DNA of 64,000 nucleotides from Octopus vulgaris. Lineage: Eukaryota. The stretch lies in NCBI GenBank assembly GCA_951406725.2, contig OX597843.1:12772001-12836000 (forward strand), given 5' to 3'. Shown here piece by piece: positions 24,154 through 38,589 of the stretch; positions within the stretch are counted from its first letter, which is position 1, and every line of letters starts with the position of its first letter. The translations under genes and the position numbers were made by a program. Under the pieces are notes generated by a model. It was not told the origin of the DNA, made no database searches, and saw only the letters and a list, made by a program, of their open reading frames with translations.

Positions 24154-24990
24154 TAATGTAAAAAACATTAAGGAGGATATATATAAGATTTTTTCTTCTT
24201 ATATATATGTGTGTATATATATGTGTATATATATGTGTATACATATCTATATGTATATATATATGTGTATATCTATATATATATGTATATGTGTGTGTGT
24301 ATATTTATATGTATATATGTGTATATATATGTGTATATCTATATATATATATGTATATGTGTGTGTGTATATTTCTATATATATATATGTATATGTGTGT
24401 GTGTATATTTATATGTGTGTGTGTATATTTATATGTATATATATGTATATTTATATGTATGTATATATATATATATATATATGTAAATATATGATGTGTG
24501 TATGTGTATCTGTATATATGTGTGTGTGGGTGTGTATGTGTATCTGTATATATGTGTGTGTGGGTGTGTATGTGTATCTATATATATGTGTGTGTGGGTG
24601 TATATATCTGTATATATGTGTGTGCATCTGTATATATATATATGTGTGTGTGTGTGTGCATCTGTATGTATATATATGTGTGCACATCTTTATATATATG
24701 GGTGTGTTTGTGTGTGTATATATCCATGTAGATGTGGCTGCGCGTGTGTGTATACATATATAGGACGACATGACAAGATACTTTAAATATTTGATTTTAG
24801 TGTGTGTGTATGCGTCTGTGTGTGGTGTGTATATATATGTGTATATATATATACGTCTGAATATATGTGGGTTTATTTGTGTGTGCCTATATGTAGATGT
24901 AACTGTATGTGTGTTTGCGTATGTCTGCATTTTGCATTTTATATATATATACTCTTTTATATATATATACTCTTTTATATATATATACTC
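24100..24990. repeat. (TA/TG)n low-complexity tract
   Basis: Seen directly. Confidence 0.9.
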
Positions 24991-25175
24991 CATGCTGGAG
25001 CACCGCCTTCAGTGGAGCAAATCGACCCCAGGACTTATTCTTTTTGTAAGCCCAGTACTTATTCTATTGATCTCTTTTGCCGAACCGCTAAGTGACGGGG
25101 ACGCAAACACACCAGCATCGGTTGTCAAGCAATGTTGGGGGGACAAACACAGACACACAAACATATACACACATG

Positions 25176-25211
<36 letters not shown>

Positions 25212-25374
25212 CATATATACGACAGGCTTCTTTCAGTTTCCGTCTACCAAATCCACTCACAAGGCATTGGTCGGCCCGGGGCTATAGTAGAAGACACTTG
25301 CTCAAGATGCCACGCAGTGGGACTGAACCCGGAACCATGTGGTTGGTTAGCAAGCTACTTACCACACAGCCACT
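24987..25374 (-). mobile_element. SINE family A
   Basis: Family A sequence. Confidence 0.88.
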
Positions 25375-25611
25375 GCAAACATGTACCCTTTTTGTGCATT
25401 TTGTTTGCAGAAAATAAAGAAATATCAGTAATAACGTTTAATAAATGTTGCTTACTGCAAGTCATGGATGATTCTTTTATGACTTCATTGCTTTCAGGCT
25501 TTGCTTAAGGTATTTTCATGCCCAACATCACAAAATGCGTCTGAATAATCATTGCTTGACAGCAAATAGAGACTTAGACATTGCTTAGAAAATATTTTTC
25601 ATTTTTTAAAC

Positions 25612-25832
25612 AACACAGCTCCCATGACCTTCGGAAACATTTTTTCACGCTCAGAGTTGCTGAAGCATGGAACAAACTGCCTGCGTCAGTTGTTGACTGC
25701 CATGACACTGCATCCTTTAAGGCTCTCATGCTTTCCGAAATCCGTCGAAACTACACCTGATTATATATACACTTTAGATGAGTTGTAGTGCACCTGAGCA
25801 CTGTACACAATTATTATTATTATTATTATTAT
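25612..25832 (+). mobile_element. CR1 family 2 short 3' fragment
   Basis: Nearly identical to 23135-23355. Confidence 0.9.
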
Positions 25833-25834
25833 TT

Positions 25835-25920
25835 AACCTCATATATAGTACGCACTAGGGATTTTGACCTTTAAATTTTTTTGGGGAAAAAAGGCAGATT
25901 ATACTCGAGGATTTACGGTA
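25835..25920. mobile_element. pogo/Tc2-like transposon end
   Basis: Ends tatactcgaggatttacggta (reverse complement TACCGTAAATCCTCGAGTATA), resembling Tc2/pogo TIRs. Confidence 0.45.
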
Positions 25921-25924
25921 TTCA

Positions 25925-26132
25925 TATGAGGGGGTGTTGAAAAGTTCCTGGCTTTGAGTAAATGGAGGATCAGTTAATTATGGTTTTATTCAACATATTC
26001 CCTTCTCAGATCCACACACCTATTTTAGTGGTCCTTCAGTTTTTGTAAACCCTGTAAAAGAACTCAGAAGGTTGGAACTCCAACCAGGCCTTTCACGATA
26101 CCCTTAAGGCCAGGAATTTATCAGCATCCCCT
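25925..26132. mobile_element. Mariner-derived MITE (about 208 bp)
   Basis: Left end tatgagggggtgttgaaaagttcctggc; right end gccaggaatttatcagcatcccct is its inverted copy; partial copies at about 26910 and 48790. Confidence 0.7.
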
Positions 26133-26159
26133 TTTTCTTTTCTTTTATTCTTTCACTTT

Positions 26160-26368
26160 TTTTAGCCATTTGACTGCGGCCATGCTGGAGCAACACCTTT
26201 AGTCGAGCAAATCGACCTCAGGACTCATTCTTTGTAAGCCTAGTACTTATTCTATCAGTCTCTCTTGCCGAACCACTAAGTTATGGGGACGTAAACATAC
26301 CAACATCGGTTTCCAAGCAATGTTGGGGGGACAAACACAGACACACAAACGTATACATACATACATAC

Positions 26369-26413
<45 letters not shown>

Positions 26414-26577
26414 TACGACGGGCTTCTTTCAGTTTCCATCTACCAAATCCACTGACAAGGCTTTGGTCGGCCCAGGGCTATAGTAGAAGACACTTGCCCA
26501 AGGTGCTATGCAGTGGGACTGAACCCAGAACCATGTTGTTGGTAAACAAGCTACTTACCTCACAGCCTCTCCTGCAT
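26160..26577 (-). mobile_element. SINE family A
   Basis: Family A sequence. Confidence 0.88.
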
Positions 26578-26591
26578 CTATCTATCTATCT

Positions 26592-26647
<56 letters not shown>

Positions 26648-26847
26648 GAGAGAGAGAGTTATCTTTCAACTATCAATGGTGATATGTTCCACCCCACCCT
26701 GGCGATAGGTGAAAATCTACATAGAAACAGTAATGTTCTGTATATTTAAAAAAAAATTTTATATATACTTATTTTATTATAAATGCAAAATGACACCACG
26801 GAGAAATTGAGGTAAGCTTTAATAAACCGCGATATATTGAGAGATTA

Positions 26848-26901
<54 letters not shown>

Positions 26902-27382
26902 GCACACACACCAGGGTGTGCTAAAAAGTTCCTGGCTTTGGGTAAAAAAAATTCAGGAGGATCAGCTAATTATGATTTTATTCAACATATTCCCCTCTCA
27001 GTATACTCTGAGAAGCATCCAATATGCTCTGTGAAGAGGGTGGTGTTAGGAAGGGCATCCAGCCATAGAAACCATGTCAGAACATAGGGGGGCCTGGTGC
27101 AGCCAACCAGCTTGCCAGCTCTGGTCAAACTATCCAACCCATGGGCAACCAACGTTAGATGATTAACCAATAGCTGGGACCCAGACAGGTGCTACTACTG
27201 AGGGTAAGAGTAGACCCAGGAACAACAGTGGCTGAGATATGGTTCCAGACTCCACAAAACCCTGCAACTCCCGAACCAGAGTGCCACCACTGAAGGCACT
27301 TTAACGCCCTGCCCAGGACAACAGACATACATACATACAATCGCTACAGTCACATATGCATATATACACTCACACATACACA

Positions 27383-27552
27383 CATCATCATCATCGTTTA
27401 ACGTCCGTTTTCTGCGCTAGCACGGGTTGGACAGTTCGACCGGGGTCTGGGAAGCCAGGGGCTGCACCAGGCTCCAGTCTGATCTGGCAGTGTTTCTACA
27501 GCTGGATGCCCTTCCTAATGCCAACCACTCCGCGAGTGTAGTGGGTGCTTTG
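27383..27552 (-). mobile_element. Family C (RTE-tail-like) element
   Basis: catcatcatcgtttaacgtccg...ctggatgcccttcctaatgccaaccactcc. Confidence 0.8.
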
Positions 27553-28303
27553 GGTACTTTACACATATAGATTTTAGGGATCTTATGCATCTTCTACATA
27601 TGAACACTACCTTCTCTGATTGCCCTGGATCAAAACATGGGCAACTCCTTGACAAGGCCTAAAACCTGATAACCACCTGGACCAGGGCTACATTGAAATC
27701 ATGATATGCAGAATGGTGGATGTGAACAATTTCAGCGGATTATCTTACTGGATCAATGGTGAATATCACGAGATGATAATAAGACGAACAGACAACAACA
27801 GTCAATAGCCAGGACCTAGCAGTTCCATTATTGAACTACTGCTACAGTCTGTAGCCATGGCATATCCAAATGAGATATTTCAGCTACTGAAAGGCCAATG
27901 TAACTAAAACCTGAGCTAAAACATCCATACTGCATCACTTGATTGGGACATCTGGCATGGAAGAGTTTCATTGGTCTGGGCAAGTCACATGACCATGTCG
28001 ATATATTTATGCAACGCGTAGGGTGAAATAAATACTTTGAGAAGTTTAGATCACAAGAAATCAATAACAGTTCCATCCAGGAATATTTGTAATGATTGTA
28101 GTAAATGCTGGTTACTCTTAGAACAGGTCTTGTATTCCAAGTTTTTCTCTCAAATCATAATAATATTGAAAAATACTTTAGGATTGGGAACCCAGGTTTG
28201 AAATCTCCCCAAGACACCTGATGAAGGCTGGAGGGGATATCAGCCGAAACAACAAACAAGATGAGGACAAATATCCTTCAAATGTAAATAATGTAAATAA
28301 TGA

Positions 28304-28702
28304 GGCGCAGGAGTGGCTGTGTGGTAAGTAGCTTGCTTACCAACCACATGGTTCCGGGGTTCAGTCCCACTGCGTGGCATCTTGGGCAAGTGTCTTCTGC
28401 TATAGTCCCGGGCCGACCAATGTCTTGTGAGTGGATTTGGTAGATGGAAACTGAAAGAAGCCTGTCGTATATATGTACATATATATATATGTGTGTGTGT
28501 GTATGTGTTTGTGTGTCTGTTTGTCCCCCTGGCATTGCTTGACAAGCGATGCTGGTGTGTTCACGTCCCCGTCACTTAGCGGTTCGACAAAAAGACCAAT
28601 TGAATAAGTACTGGGCTTACAAGGAATAAGTCCCGGGGTCGATTTGCTTGACTAAAGGTAGTGCTCCAGCATGGCCGCAGTCAAATGACTGAAACAAGTA
28701 AA
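28304..28702 (+). mobile_element. SINE family A, full length
   Basis: Family A sequence. Confidence 0.9.
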
Positions 28703-28712
28703 AAAAAAAAAT

Positions 28713-29009
28713 ATGTTTGTTCCTTTTTGAGCCATGCCTGGCTCATAAGGGCCAGTTTCCTTGGCGTATAGGTTCCCTACCTGGATGGGACGCCGGTCCA
28801 TCACAGGTGAGCTGCTAGATGCAGGAGGAAAAAGTGAGAGAAAGTTGTGGCGAAAGAGTCAGCAGAAGTTCGCCATTACCTTCTGCCGGAGCCGCGTGGA
28901 GCTTAGGTGTTTTCACTCATAAACATACACATCGCCCGGTCTGAGATTCGAGCCCGCGATCCCTCGACCGTGAGTTCACTGCTCTCACCACCAGGCCATG
29001 TGCCTCCAC
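28713..29009 (-). mobile_element. tRNA-derived SINE (family D variant)
   Basis: Head and body homologous to 6425-6712. Confidence 0.75.
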
Positions 29010-29180
29010 ATCAGATGTGGTGTGCAAGAGAGAAGACTGCACTGGTATGGCCATGTGATGTGTATGGACGAGGACAGTGGAATCAAGAGGTGCCGATCTC
29101 TAATTGGAGAGGGAACATGTGGAAGGGAAGATGTGGGACGAAGTGGTGAGAAAGGATCTACAGATGTTAGGTATCATAGA
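29010..29180 (+). mobile_element. RTE LINE fragment
   Basis: IRCGVQERRLHWYGHVMCMDEDS..EGTCGR, homologous to 54410-54540. Confidence 0.8.
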
Positions 29181-29397
29181 GGCTGTCCCTACATACAGGC
29201 TTGTCCCCTGCGTCCCTCTTCAGCTGAGCATCCCTAATATTGTGGGCTTGTAGGTGCTGGTGCCGCATAAAAAGCACCCGTATTAGTGCCACATAAATAT
29301 AACCATGCTGGCGCTGCATATAAACACCCAGTACTCCCTGTAAAGTGGTTGGTGTTAGGAAGGGCATCCAGCTGTAGAAACCAGGCCAAAACAGACA

Positions 29398-29980
29398 GTG
29401 AGTTTGATTCCCAAGGGACCAGGCTGCGTGTTGTGTTCTTGAGCAAGACACTTTATTTCACATTGCTCCAGTTAACTCAGCTGTAGAAATGAGTTTCAAC
29501 ATCACTGGTGCCAAGCTGTATCGGCCCCTTTGTCTTTCCCTTAGATAACATCAGTGGTGTGGAGAGGGGAGGCCGGTATGCACAGGTGACCTCTGGACTT
29601 CCATAAACAATCTTGCCTGGGAGGGTAACTTTCAAGGTGCAATCCCATGGTCTGTGTTGTGACCGAAGGGGGTCTCAGAATATATATATACATATATATG
29701 TATGTATTCCTGGACCAGGCTGTGTGTTGTGTTCTTGAGCAAGACACTTTATTTCACATTGCTCCAGTTAACTCAGCTGTAGAAATGAGTTGCAATGCCA
29801 CAGGTGCCAAGCTGTATTGGCCCCTTTGTCCCTCCCTTGGATAACATTGGTGGCATGAAGAAGGTAAGTTGGTATGCATGGGTGACAGTTGGTCTTCCAC
29901 AAACAACCCTGCCCAGAGTTGTGCCTGTGAGGGGAACTTTCTAGGTGCAATCCTATTGTCATTCATGACCGAAAGAGGTC
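29398..29980 (+). mobile_element. Two tandem 5'-truncated CORE-type SINEs
   Basis: gttgtgttcttgagcaagacactttatttcacattgctccagt occurs twice; same family as 33417-34000. Confidence 0.75.
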
Positions 29981-30293
29981 GTTACTTACCTTTGCTTTAG
30001 CAACAGAGACCAGAAAGGTAGCCGCTGCCAACTGACATGAAAAACATGTGCCTCTGAGGGGAATTTCTTGGTGCAATCCTCTTGTCATTCATGACCGAAA
30101 GAGGTCGTTACCTACCTTCGCTTTAGCAACAGAGACCAGAAAGGCAGACGCTGCCAACTGACATGAAAAACAAGTCCCTCTTATCATATTCCCGTCTTTG
30201 TTCAGAAAGTGGTTGTGCTATTCAGTGACTCATCATAAATAGAATATGGAGTGACAACACAAAGCAGTGAGGTGTATAAATAAAAACTTGTAA

Positions 30294-30493
30294 CTCTCTT
30301 TATTCTTTTTACTTGTTTCAGTCATTTGACTGCGGCCATGCTGGAGCACCGCCTTTAGTCGAGCAAATCGACCCCGGGACTTATTCTATTGTAAGCCCAG
30401 TACTTATTCTATCGGTTGCTCTTTTGCCGAACCGCTAAGTGACGGGGACGTAAACACACCAGCATCGGTTGTCAAGCAATGCTAGGGAGACAG

Positions 30494-30524
<31 letters not shown>

Positions 30525-30777
30525 CATATATACGACAGGCTTCTTTCAGTTTCTGTTTACCAAATCCACTCACAAGGCTTTGGTCAGCCCAAGGCTATAG
30601 TAGAAGACACTTGCCCAAGGTGCCACGCAGTGGGACTGAACCCGGAACCATCTGGTTTGTAAGGAAGCTACTTACCACACAGCCACTCCTATGCCTATAT
30701 ACATGTGTATGTATACGATGGGATTCTTTCAGTTTCCGTCCACCGAACCCACTTACAAAGCTTTGGTTGGCCCGAGG
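30294..30777 (-). mobile_element. SINE family A plus a partial extra head
   Basis: Full copy 30294-30696, partial head 30715-30777. Confidence 0.85.
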
Positions 30778-31057
30778 GACTGTCTGTTAATTTCACTATT
30801 CTTCCCTTTTTTTTTTTTGCTTATTCTTCCTGATACTAGCAACATACAGTACTTAATAGTCACACCACTTAAAAGGAGACTTTTTGACTAAGTCTGAACA
30901 AGTGCCACTCTCATATACGAAACCACAAACAGTACATAATTGCATATGAAATTTAGCAAACAATAGCATTGAACAGAGGGTGGTACAAAAACAGTTCTAA
31001 CTGGTAATTAAAAATGTGTTAAACTCTTAGTCTTTTCATGTAGATTATATATATATA

Positions 31058-31224
31058 GGCGCAGGAGTGGCTGTGTGGTAAGTAGCTTGCTTACCAACCA
31101 CATGGTTCTGGGTTCAGTCCCACTGCATGGCACTTTGGACAAGTGTCTTCTACTATAGCCTCGGGCCGACCAAAGCCTTGTGAGTGGATTTGGTAGACGG
31201 AAACTGAAAGAATCCCATCGTATA

Positions 31225-31256
<32 letters not shown>

Positions 31257-31638
31257 GGCGCAGGAGTGGCTGTGTGGTAAGTAGCTTGCTAACCAACCAC
31301 ATGGTTCTGGGTTCAGTCCCACTGCGTGGCATCTTGGGCAAGTGTCTCCTGCTATAGCCTCGGGCCGACCAAAGCCTTGTGAGTGGATTTGGTAGACGGA
31401 AACTGAAAGAAGCCCATCATATATATATGTATATATATATATATATGCATGTGTGTGTGTGTCTGTATTTGTCCTCCCAACATCGCTTGACAACCGATAC
31501 TGGTATGTTTACGTCCCCGTAACTTAGCTGTTCGACAAAAAGAGACTGATAGAATAAGTGCTAGGCTTCCAAAGAATAAGTCCCTGCTCAATGAAAGGTG
31601 GTGCTTCAAATGACTGAAACAAGTAAAAAGGTAAAAAG
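31058..31638 (+). mobile_element. SINE family A with duplicated head (31058-31220; 31257-31638)
   Basis: Two heads, one tail. Confidence 0.88.
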
Positions 31639-31656
31639 ACAATACACACACACACA

Positions 31657-31712
<56 letters not shown>

Positions 31713-32706
31713 TATTTGCTACCATCATCACCTGGTCATTATGCACCTATCTTTGTAATTAATTAACAAGACAGTTCAGATACTCATACCTGTATTTACA
31801 TACTTTTCTCACACACACACACACACACACACACGCACAAGCACTTCTGACACACATATATATTTACATATACACATAGACTTCACATAGCCATGTATAT
31901 ATATGCACACTCATACATACACAAGTCTGTGTGTGCACATTTCATATGTGCATATGAACACATTCTCATATACATGTCCACATACACACATATATGTACA
32001 TGTACACACACACACACCACAGACACATGTATGTATATATATATATATATATATATACACTTATAAATACATATATAGACACATATGTACATTAACACAC
32101 ACACATATATATATATATATACATATATAGACACACACATATATATACACACATGCATATATATACATCCACACACATCCACACACATATATATACATAC
32201 ACACACACAAATATATATACATATATATATATACATATATATATATATACATATATATACACACGCATGTGTGTGTGTGTATGTATATACACACACACAC
32301 ATCCCAAGAGGCTCCATATATAGACACACACATATATATATACACACATGCATATACACACACATATACATATACTCACACACACATATATATATACATA
32401 CACACACACACACAAATATATATACATACATAAACACACTCACACATATATATACACACACACACACATCCCAAGAGGCTCCATGATATCCAATGACAAG
32501 CCTCCCCGCCCCCATTAGATCTTCCTCCCACCACACCACTCTTCCTCCTCCACCTCCTCCTCAGCCCTCAATCTCATCTCCTCTCCCCAACACCCTTTTC
32601 ACTGAACTAAAAAAAAAAACCTACACAACTCTTTTCTGGTGTTTACTCAGAATTTTTTTTTCTTTGCTTTTTCTTTGCTTTTTTTGCCTCCTCTGAAAAA
32701 GTTAAG

Positions 32707-33171
<465 letters not shown>

Positions 33172-33416
33172 TGCCCCATTGTTGTTCTACCTGTCTTATC
33201 TTGTCACTTGTTATTCATGGGACAACTTGAAATGTAGGGTGAAAGTGGTGGGGGAGGTGCAGTGTGGTGTTTGGGTGGTGGCGATGGGGGGGGGGTTGAT
33301 CTTTGAACAAGTTAGAGAGGCCGCTGTGGTGTATTTATATGCAGTTGAACTAGAGTGTGTGTGTGTGTGTGTGTATGTGTATACGTATATAAGTGTGTGT
33401 ATGTTTGTGAGTATAT

Positions 33417-34000
33417 GAAGGCACATGGCTCAGTGGTTAGAGCAGCGAACTTTCGATCGACCGTGAGGTTGTGGGTTCGAATCCCGGACCGGGCTGCATG
33501 TTGTGTTCTTGAGCAAGACACTTTATTTCATGTTGTTCCAGTTCACTCATCATCATCATCGTCATCATCATCGTTTAACGTCCGCTTTCCATGCTAGCAT
33601 GGGTTGGACGGTTCAACTGGGGTCCGGGAAGCCAGGAGGCTGCACCAGGCTCCAGTCTGATCTGGCAGTGTTTCTACAGCTGGATGCCCTTCCTAATGCC
33701 AACCACTCCGAGAGTGTAGTGGGTACTTTTTATGTGCCAGACGAGGCTGGCAAACGGCCACGATCGGATGGTGCTTTTTACGTGCCACCAGCACAGGGGC
33801 CAGACGAGGCGAGTTGCGACGTCACAGGTGCCAAGCTGTATCGGCCCCTTTGCTTTTCCTTGGATAACATCAGTGGCGCTGAGAGGGGAGGCTGATATGC
33901 ATGGATAACTGCTGGTCTTCCATAAACCACCTTACCCGGACTTGTGCCTCGGAGGGGAAATTTCTAGGTGCAATCCCATGGTCATTCGTGACCGAAGGGA
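33417..34000 (+). mobile_element. CORE-type tRNA SINE interrupted by a minus-strand family C element (33548-33810)
   Basis: tggctcagtggttagagc..ggttcgaatccc head and CORE cttgagcaagacac; body resumes at gagttgcgacgtcac. Confidence 0.8.
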
Positions 34001-34024
34001 CTCCAATGTATGTGAGTATATGTA

Positions 34025-34073
<49 letters not shown>

Positions 34074-34293
34074 GTGTGTGTGTATATGTATATATATATA
34101 TTGTGTGTGTGTGTGTGTGTATATGTATATATATATTTGTGTGTGTGTGTGTGTATATGTATATATATATTTGTGTGTGTGTGTGTGTATATGTATATAT
34201 ATGTGTGTGTGTGTGTATGTGTATATATGTGTGTATATATGTGTGTGTATGTATATATATGTGTGTGTGTGTGTTTGTGTATATGTGTGTGTG

Positions 34294-34324
<31 letters not shown>

Positions 34325-34549
34325 ATGTATGTGTGTATATATATATATATATGCATGTGTGTGTGTCTATGTATATATGTGTTAATGTACATATGTGTCT
34401 ATATATGTATTTAAATGTGTGTGTCTATATGTGTGTGTGTGTGCATGTATATATGTACATATATGTGTATGTATATATGTGTGTGTCTATATATGTATAT
34501 ATTTTTGTGTCTATATATGTATTTATATATGTGTCTATGTATATATATA

Positions 34550-34605
<56 letters not shown>

Positions 34606-34662
34606 TATAACTTCATAAGGATATTTACACTCTCTAAGATACTTGGAAAACCTATATGAAAT

Positions 34663-34747
34663 TTAGCAGATGAATACTTGACATTATATTTGCTGTAATA
34701 TTTGCAGCTTTAAATAAAATGTTTATAGTATGAAACAATTGTACTAA
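34663..34747 (+). ncRNA. Type I hammerhead-like motif with extended stem II (core variant CAGATGA)
   Basis: Stem I ttag/ctaa, stem II atact/agtat, GAAAC AATT GTA palindromic stem III. Confidence 0.55.
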
Positions 34748-35048
34748 TCTACTGATCCATTCTTGTTGCTTTTTTCTTTGTTATATATATGTGTGTCTCT
34801 ATATATGTATGTGTGTGTATATGTATATATATATGTGTGTGTGTGTGTGTATATATATAATTACCATCCCTTCCTCTATTCTCATCACCTTCTACTCTTC
34901 TCCACCAAATACCAAAATGTCCACATAATTCCTTTAACCTTCATACTATTAAAAAGAGAAAAACATTCCTTGTTGCTGCGTCATCCGTTCATGTTAAATC
35001 CCTTGAAGAAATGACTCAATGATGATGAAAAAAGGCTATACTCTTTTT

Positions 35049-35267
35049 CTCTTTTACTCCTTTACTTGTTTCAGTCATTTGACTGCGGCCATGCTGGAGC
35101 ACCGCCTTTAGTTGAGGCAAATCGACCCAGGGACTTTATTCTTTGTAAGCCCAGTACTCATTCTATCGGTCTCTTTTGCTGAGCCGCTAAGTGACGGGGA
35201 CGTAAACACACCAGCATCGGTTGTCAAGCAATGCTAGGGGGATAAACACAGACACACAAACATATAG

Positions 35268-35313
<46 letters not shown>

Positions 35314-35476
35314 GACAGGCTGCTTTCAGTTTCCGTCTACCAAATCCACTCACAAGGCATTGGTCGGCCCGGGGCGATAGCAGAAGACACTCCCCCAAGA
35401 TGCCACGCAGTGGGACTGAACCCGGAACCATGTGGTTGGTTAGCAAGCTACTTACCACACAGCCACTCCTGCGCCT
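35049..35476 (-). mobile_element. SINE family A, full length; a + strand 3' half follows at 35505-35727
   Basis: Family A sequence in both orientations. Confidence 0.9.
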
Positions 35477-35749
35477 ATATATATGTATATATATATATGT
35501 ATGTATGTGTGTGTATATGTTTGTGTGTCTGTGTTTGTCCCCCCTAACATTGCTTGACAACCGATGCTGGTGTGTTTACATCCCCGTAACTTAGCGATTC
35601 AGCAAAAGAGACCGATAGAATAAGTACTAGGCTTACAAAGAATAAGTCCTGGGATCTATTTGCTCAACTAAAAGCGGTGCTCCAGCATGGCCGCAGTCAA
35701 ATGACTGAAACCAGTAAAAGAGTAAAAACTGAAATTACAAATGTAGCTA

Positions 35750-35828
<79 letters not shown>

Positions 35829-36158
35829 TGTCTCTTTGCACAAAACTTGGGAGCTGTCCCTCCTTTCTGGCCCTCTACTCTGCCAGCTGGAGCATTCTTA
35901 TAGACTGTAACCGCCTGTAATAAATATGTCTACTTGCTCAAGGTCTTTCCAACCATATTAATGCGTTTGATAGATTGATATAAATAAATAAATAGACACA
36001 CAGACAGACAGATAGATGTGTGTGTGTGTGTGTGTGGTTTGTAAAGTTTCCGGATGTAATTGATTATTAAAGTCTGCTGTGTAGGTCACATTTCAAGTTA
36101 CAGTCAGTGTGTGTATATGCATATCTGTCTATCAGTCTGCATGTTTATATACATGCAT

Positions 36159-36202
<44 letters not shown>

Positions 36203-36301
36203 TTGTGTATATAGCTTTTTATCTGTTTTTATAGTGTGTGTATTTGTCTGTCTATAGATTTTCCTCCCTATTTAATCTATCTACATATATTTGTGTGTGC
36301 A

Positions 36302-36339
<38 letters not shown>

Positions 36340-37206
36340 GATAAGTAGATAGATATATTTATAAATATATATATATATATATATACAAACATGTGCACAA
36401 ACATTTATGTATGTATGCGTACATATACATATTTACATGTGAGTAAATATATATACATATATCTACATTCACACACACACACACATGCATTATGGATGTC
36501 GGCACACACACACACACACACACACACATTCATTTGTGCATGCACACTCTCACACACATTCATTTGTGCATGCACACTCTCACACACTTTCATTTGTGCA
36601 TGCGCACTCACGCACACATTCATTTGTGCATGTCCACACATGCACACACACACACACACATCTCCCCACATGTGGCCACCACATTCCACACACTTAAAAC
36701 AATATCAAGTTTCATTCCTCTCAGATGAAAGATCGTAAGTTCTGATCCCTCCTGGAGTTCCAGTCAGTTTTCTCTCCCCTTTTTCCTTCCCCATCTTTCT
36801 CTCATACTCTCATTCCTTTCCTTCCTGTGTCTCATTCTTCCTTTCTTTGCCCCTATTTCTTTCACTCTTTCTTTTTTCCTTTTTTGTATCTTAATTCTAA
36901 TTCGAAGAACCCAACTTCAAAAAACATAGAAATACTGGGGTCACTTTGTTCAGCTAAACCCTTCAAGAAATGAAACAAGACATCCATACATCATTGGATT
37001 TAAGGGGCTGAACCTTTTACAACACCTTTGCCCCTCACTTGGTCGCCATAGTAGGTTCCAGGGACAGGCATTGCAATATGACTAATACCATTTTTACTGC
37101 AAGTTTTATGTCAGAGTATTTTTCTCCTAAAAGGGGCTACCTTCCCCATTGATTTGTCAAAAATTACAGGAGCCTCTTCTAGACCTGGGAAATCTATTTG
37201 TCATAG

Positions 37207-37585
37207 TGGAGGTGCAATGGCCCAGTGGTTAGGGCAGCGGACTCGCGGTCGTAAGATCGCGGTTTCGATTCCCAGACCGGGCGTTGTGAGTGTTTATTGA
37301 GCGAAAACACCTAAAGATCCACGAGGCTCCTCAGGGGATGGTGGTGATCCCTGCTGTACTCTTTCACCAAAACTTTCTCTCACTCTTACTTCCTGTTTCT
37401 GTTGTACCTGTATTTCAAGGGTCGGCCTTGTCACTCTCTGTGTCAGGCTGAATATCCCCGAGAACTACGTTAAGGGTACACGTGTCTGTGGAGTGCTCAG
37501 CCACTTACACGTTAATTTCACGAGCAGGCTGTTCCGTTGATCGGATCAACTGGAACCCTCGTTGTCGTAACCGATGGAGTGCTTC
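37207..37585 (+). mobile_element. tRNA-derived SINE (family D head, alternative tail), full length
   Basis: tggcccagtggttagggc (A box), ggtttcgattccc (B box), tail ...ggatcaactggaaccctcgttgtcgtaaccgatggagtgc. Confidence 0.85.
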
Positions 37586-38054
37586 CACCATTTAAGTCAT
37601 AGATGCGGTCCTGAGAGGTACTACCTTTCCGTTTCAGAAAGGACCCGGAAGTAATGGGTAACTCCATGCTCCTCACAACTTCTGAACTGGGGTCTCCATG
37701 TCAGATGTGGTTTAATGTCATTACTAGGGCACACACACCACCACCAGCATCACCACCAGCACCACCATCATCATCATCATCGTTGATCATCTGCTTTTAA
37801 TGCTGGTATGGGTAGGATGGTTTAACATAGAGCTATTCAGCTAGGTTTGTTCTGTTGTGCCATGGTTTCTATGCCTGGATGCCCTTCCTAATGCCAACCG
37901 CTTTACCGAGTGTAGTAGGTGCTTTACATGTGTCACTGGGATGGATGCTATTACACAGCTCTGGCACAGGTGCGTTTATGCTGCACCACCACAGGTGTGT
38001 GTACACAGCAGTGGCACTGGTGCATTGATGCAGCACCTGCATAGTGCCTTGTAT

Positions 38055-38280
38055 ATAGCACCAGCAATTTTTATGTGGCCCCAGCAATTTTTACATGGAA
38101 ATGGCAGTTTTCATGTAGCACCAGAAATTTTTATGTGGCAATGGCGCTTTTTATGTGGCCCCAGCAATTTTTACGTGGCAACAGCACTTTTTATGTGGCC
38201 CCAGCAATTTTTACGTGGCAACGGCACTTTTTATGTGGCCCCAGCAATTTTTACATTGAAACGGTACTTTTTATGTGACA
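38055..38280. repeat. About 20-bp minisatellite (ttttatgtggccccagcaat) inside a diverged family C element
   Basis: Seen directly. Confidence 0.8.
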
Positions 38281-38589
38281 CCCAAACCTGAAAGGTCAAG
38301 CCTGTATGTGTGGAAGGCAGAAATATTACGTAGCTTCACACATCTTCTCAAGTACAGCAATACACACACACACGCACACACACACATTAGCCCATAAGAT
38401 GGGATCCTGTTAGATACTACCATTCTGGGTCAGAAAGAAGGGCCTAAGAGTGATGATGATTAAAGGGTGACTTTATTCTCCCCATAATTTCAGAACTGGA
38501 GCCTCACCACCTGAGGCAGTTTAATATCATACCCAGGAGACACACACACACACACACACACATTAAACCCATGGGCAAGACCCTGACAG

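Noticed and set aside
24770-25508. Recurrent peptides such as ASFSFRLPNPLTR..GTEPGTMWLVSKLLTTQPL
   Set aside because: Antisense translations of SINE family A, not a gene family
27560-28130. Complex sequence that might be an exon
   Set aside because: The frames I read are short or interrupted with no recognisable motif or splice pair; probably a decayed TE
37207-37285. tRNA gene
   Set aside because: The tRNA-like head continues into a SINE body shared by other copies, and no complete cloverleaf with acceptor stem was seen
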